From: an uncultured Methanoregulaceae archaeon
GTDB lineage: Archaea; Halobacteriota; Methanomicrobia; Methanomicrobiales; Methanospirillaceae
Reading direction: 5' to 3'
Assembly: GCA_963705255.1 (NCBI GenBank)
Contig: OY970061.1
Span: 1,344,001-1,408,000 of the forward strand
DNA: 64,000 bases
Within the stretch, counting starts at the first letter, position 1; each line of letters begins with the position of its first letter. The notes beneath the pieces are model-generated. The model saw only the letters and a program-made list of their open reading frames with translations, searched no databases and was not told the origin of the DNA. Of this stretch, positions 63,226-64,000 are shown piece after piece. The position numbers were made by a program, and so were the translations under genes.

Positions 63226-64000
63226 ATGGCCGTCCCCTTAGAATGCCGCCCCGACCCGGACACCCTCCTCGCCCACGTCCAGGGCGAGGAGCGGCAGAAG
63301 CACCGGGGCAGCCTCAAGATTTTCCTGGGATACATCGCTGGCGTTGGCAAGACCTACGAGATGCTGAAAGCAGCGCACCTCCGGAAAAACGAAGGGATTG
63401 ATGTAAAGATCGGCTATGTCGAAACTCATGGCAGGCCGGAGACCGAAGCGCTGGTAGAAGACCTCCAGGCAGTTCCCCGGAAGGAGGTGGAATACCGGGG
63501 CGTGAGGATTCCGGAGATGGACCTCGACGCGATACTTCAGTGCCATCCGGGGCTCGTGCTCGTGGACGAGCTCGCCCATACCAATGCCCCGGGGTCACGC
63601 CACCCCAAACGCTACCAGGATGTCGAGGAACTGCTCGACGCGGGGATCGATGTCTATACGACCCTGAATGTCCAGCATGTCGAGAGCCTCAATGACGTGG
63701 TCGCCCAGATCTCCGGGATCATCGTCCGGGAGACCATTCCCGACCGGGTGATCGACGAGGCTGCCGAGATCGAGCTCGTTGACCTCGCCCCACCGGAACT
63801 GCTCCAGCGGCTCAGGGAAGGTAAAGTGTATGTCCCTGACATGGCACAGCGGGCGATCGAGCAGTTCTTCAACGAGGGAAACCTCTATGCCCTCCGGGAA
63901 CTGGCCCTCCGGCGCGCCGCGGAACGGGTCGATAACCAGATGCTCGCCTACATGCAGACACGGGCAATACCCGGCCCATGGGCCGCGAGCGAACACCTGC
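63226..64000 (+). CDS. kdpD: KdpD sensor, N-terminal part (runs off window)
   Basis: RPDPDTLL, LKIFLG..AGVGKTYEML, VETHGR, VDELAHTN, TLNVQH; absent from the ORF track because there is no stop. Confidence 0.92.
   Translation, partial: MAVPLECRPDPDTLLAHVQGEERQKHRGSLKIFLGYIAGVGKTYEMLKAAHLRKNEGIDVKIGYVETHGRPETEALVEDLQAVPRKEVEYRGVRIPEMDLDAILQCHPGLVLVDELAHTNAPGSRHPKRYQDVEELLDAGIDVYTTLNVQHVESLNDVVAQISGIIVRETIPDRVIDEAAEIELVDLAPPELLQRLREGKVYVPDMAQRAIEQFFNEGNLYALRELALRRAAERVDNQMLAYMQTRAIPGPWAASEHL

Overview
GC-rich archaeal chromosomal window, most consistent with a Methanomicrobiales methanogen (Methanoregula/Methanolinea-like), judged from SepCysS, cysteate synthase, fused ComDE and DUF1890/DUF1894 content. 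In order it holds: a solo Cas4-like gene, tRNA-Thr and thiE/thiM; a PAPS-reductase/cysteine-desulfurase fusion; a sulfur amino-acid cluster (thiI, ThrRS editing domain, metX, metY, pscS, two tRNA-Cys); an arsenic/metal/redox accessory block (arsC, acr3, arsP-like, arsR, hgcC-like, arsM); a roughly 10 kb accessory island (about 35.8-45.5 kb); cysK-cysE; a CDF transporter and cbiMNQO; a coenzyme M biosynthesis operon; and kdp genes with a KdpC-KdpA fusion. The island carries a degenerate Hjc-like cassette, Fic, an AT-rich RHH-MTase-small protein-GHKL ATPase-DUF1016N-like operon, a 32-bp-period palindrome array and DUF488. The main unexplained structures are: (1) a tandem array of ~58-nt covarying twin-hairpin units between tRNA-Cys and pscS, with dispersed copies elsewhere; (2) the AT-rich MTase/GHKL-ATPase operon, a candidate defence system; (3) the 32-bp-period array beside it; (4) a shared palindromic operator upstream of both cysteine routes. 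About a dozen conserved genes carry single-base frameshifts, most likely long-read assembly errors. All family calls come from motif recognition by eye; no database search was run.
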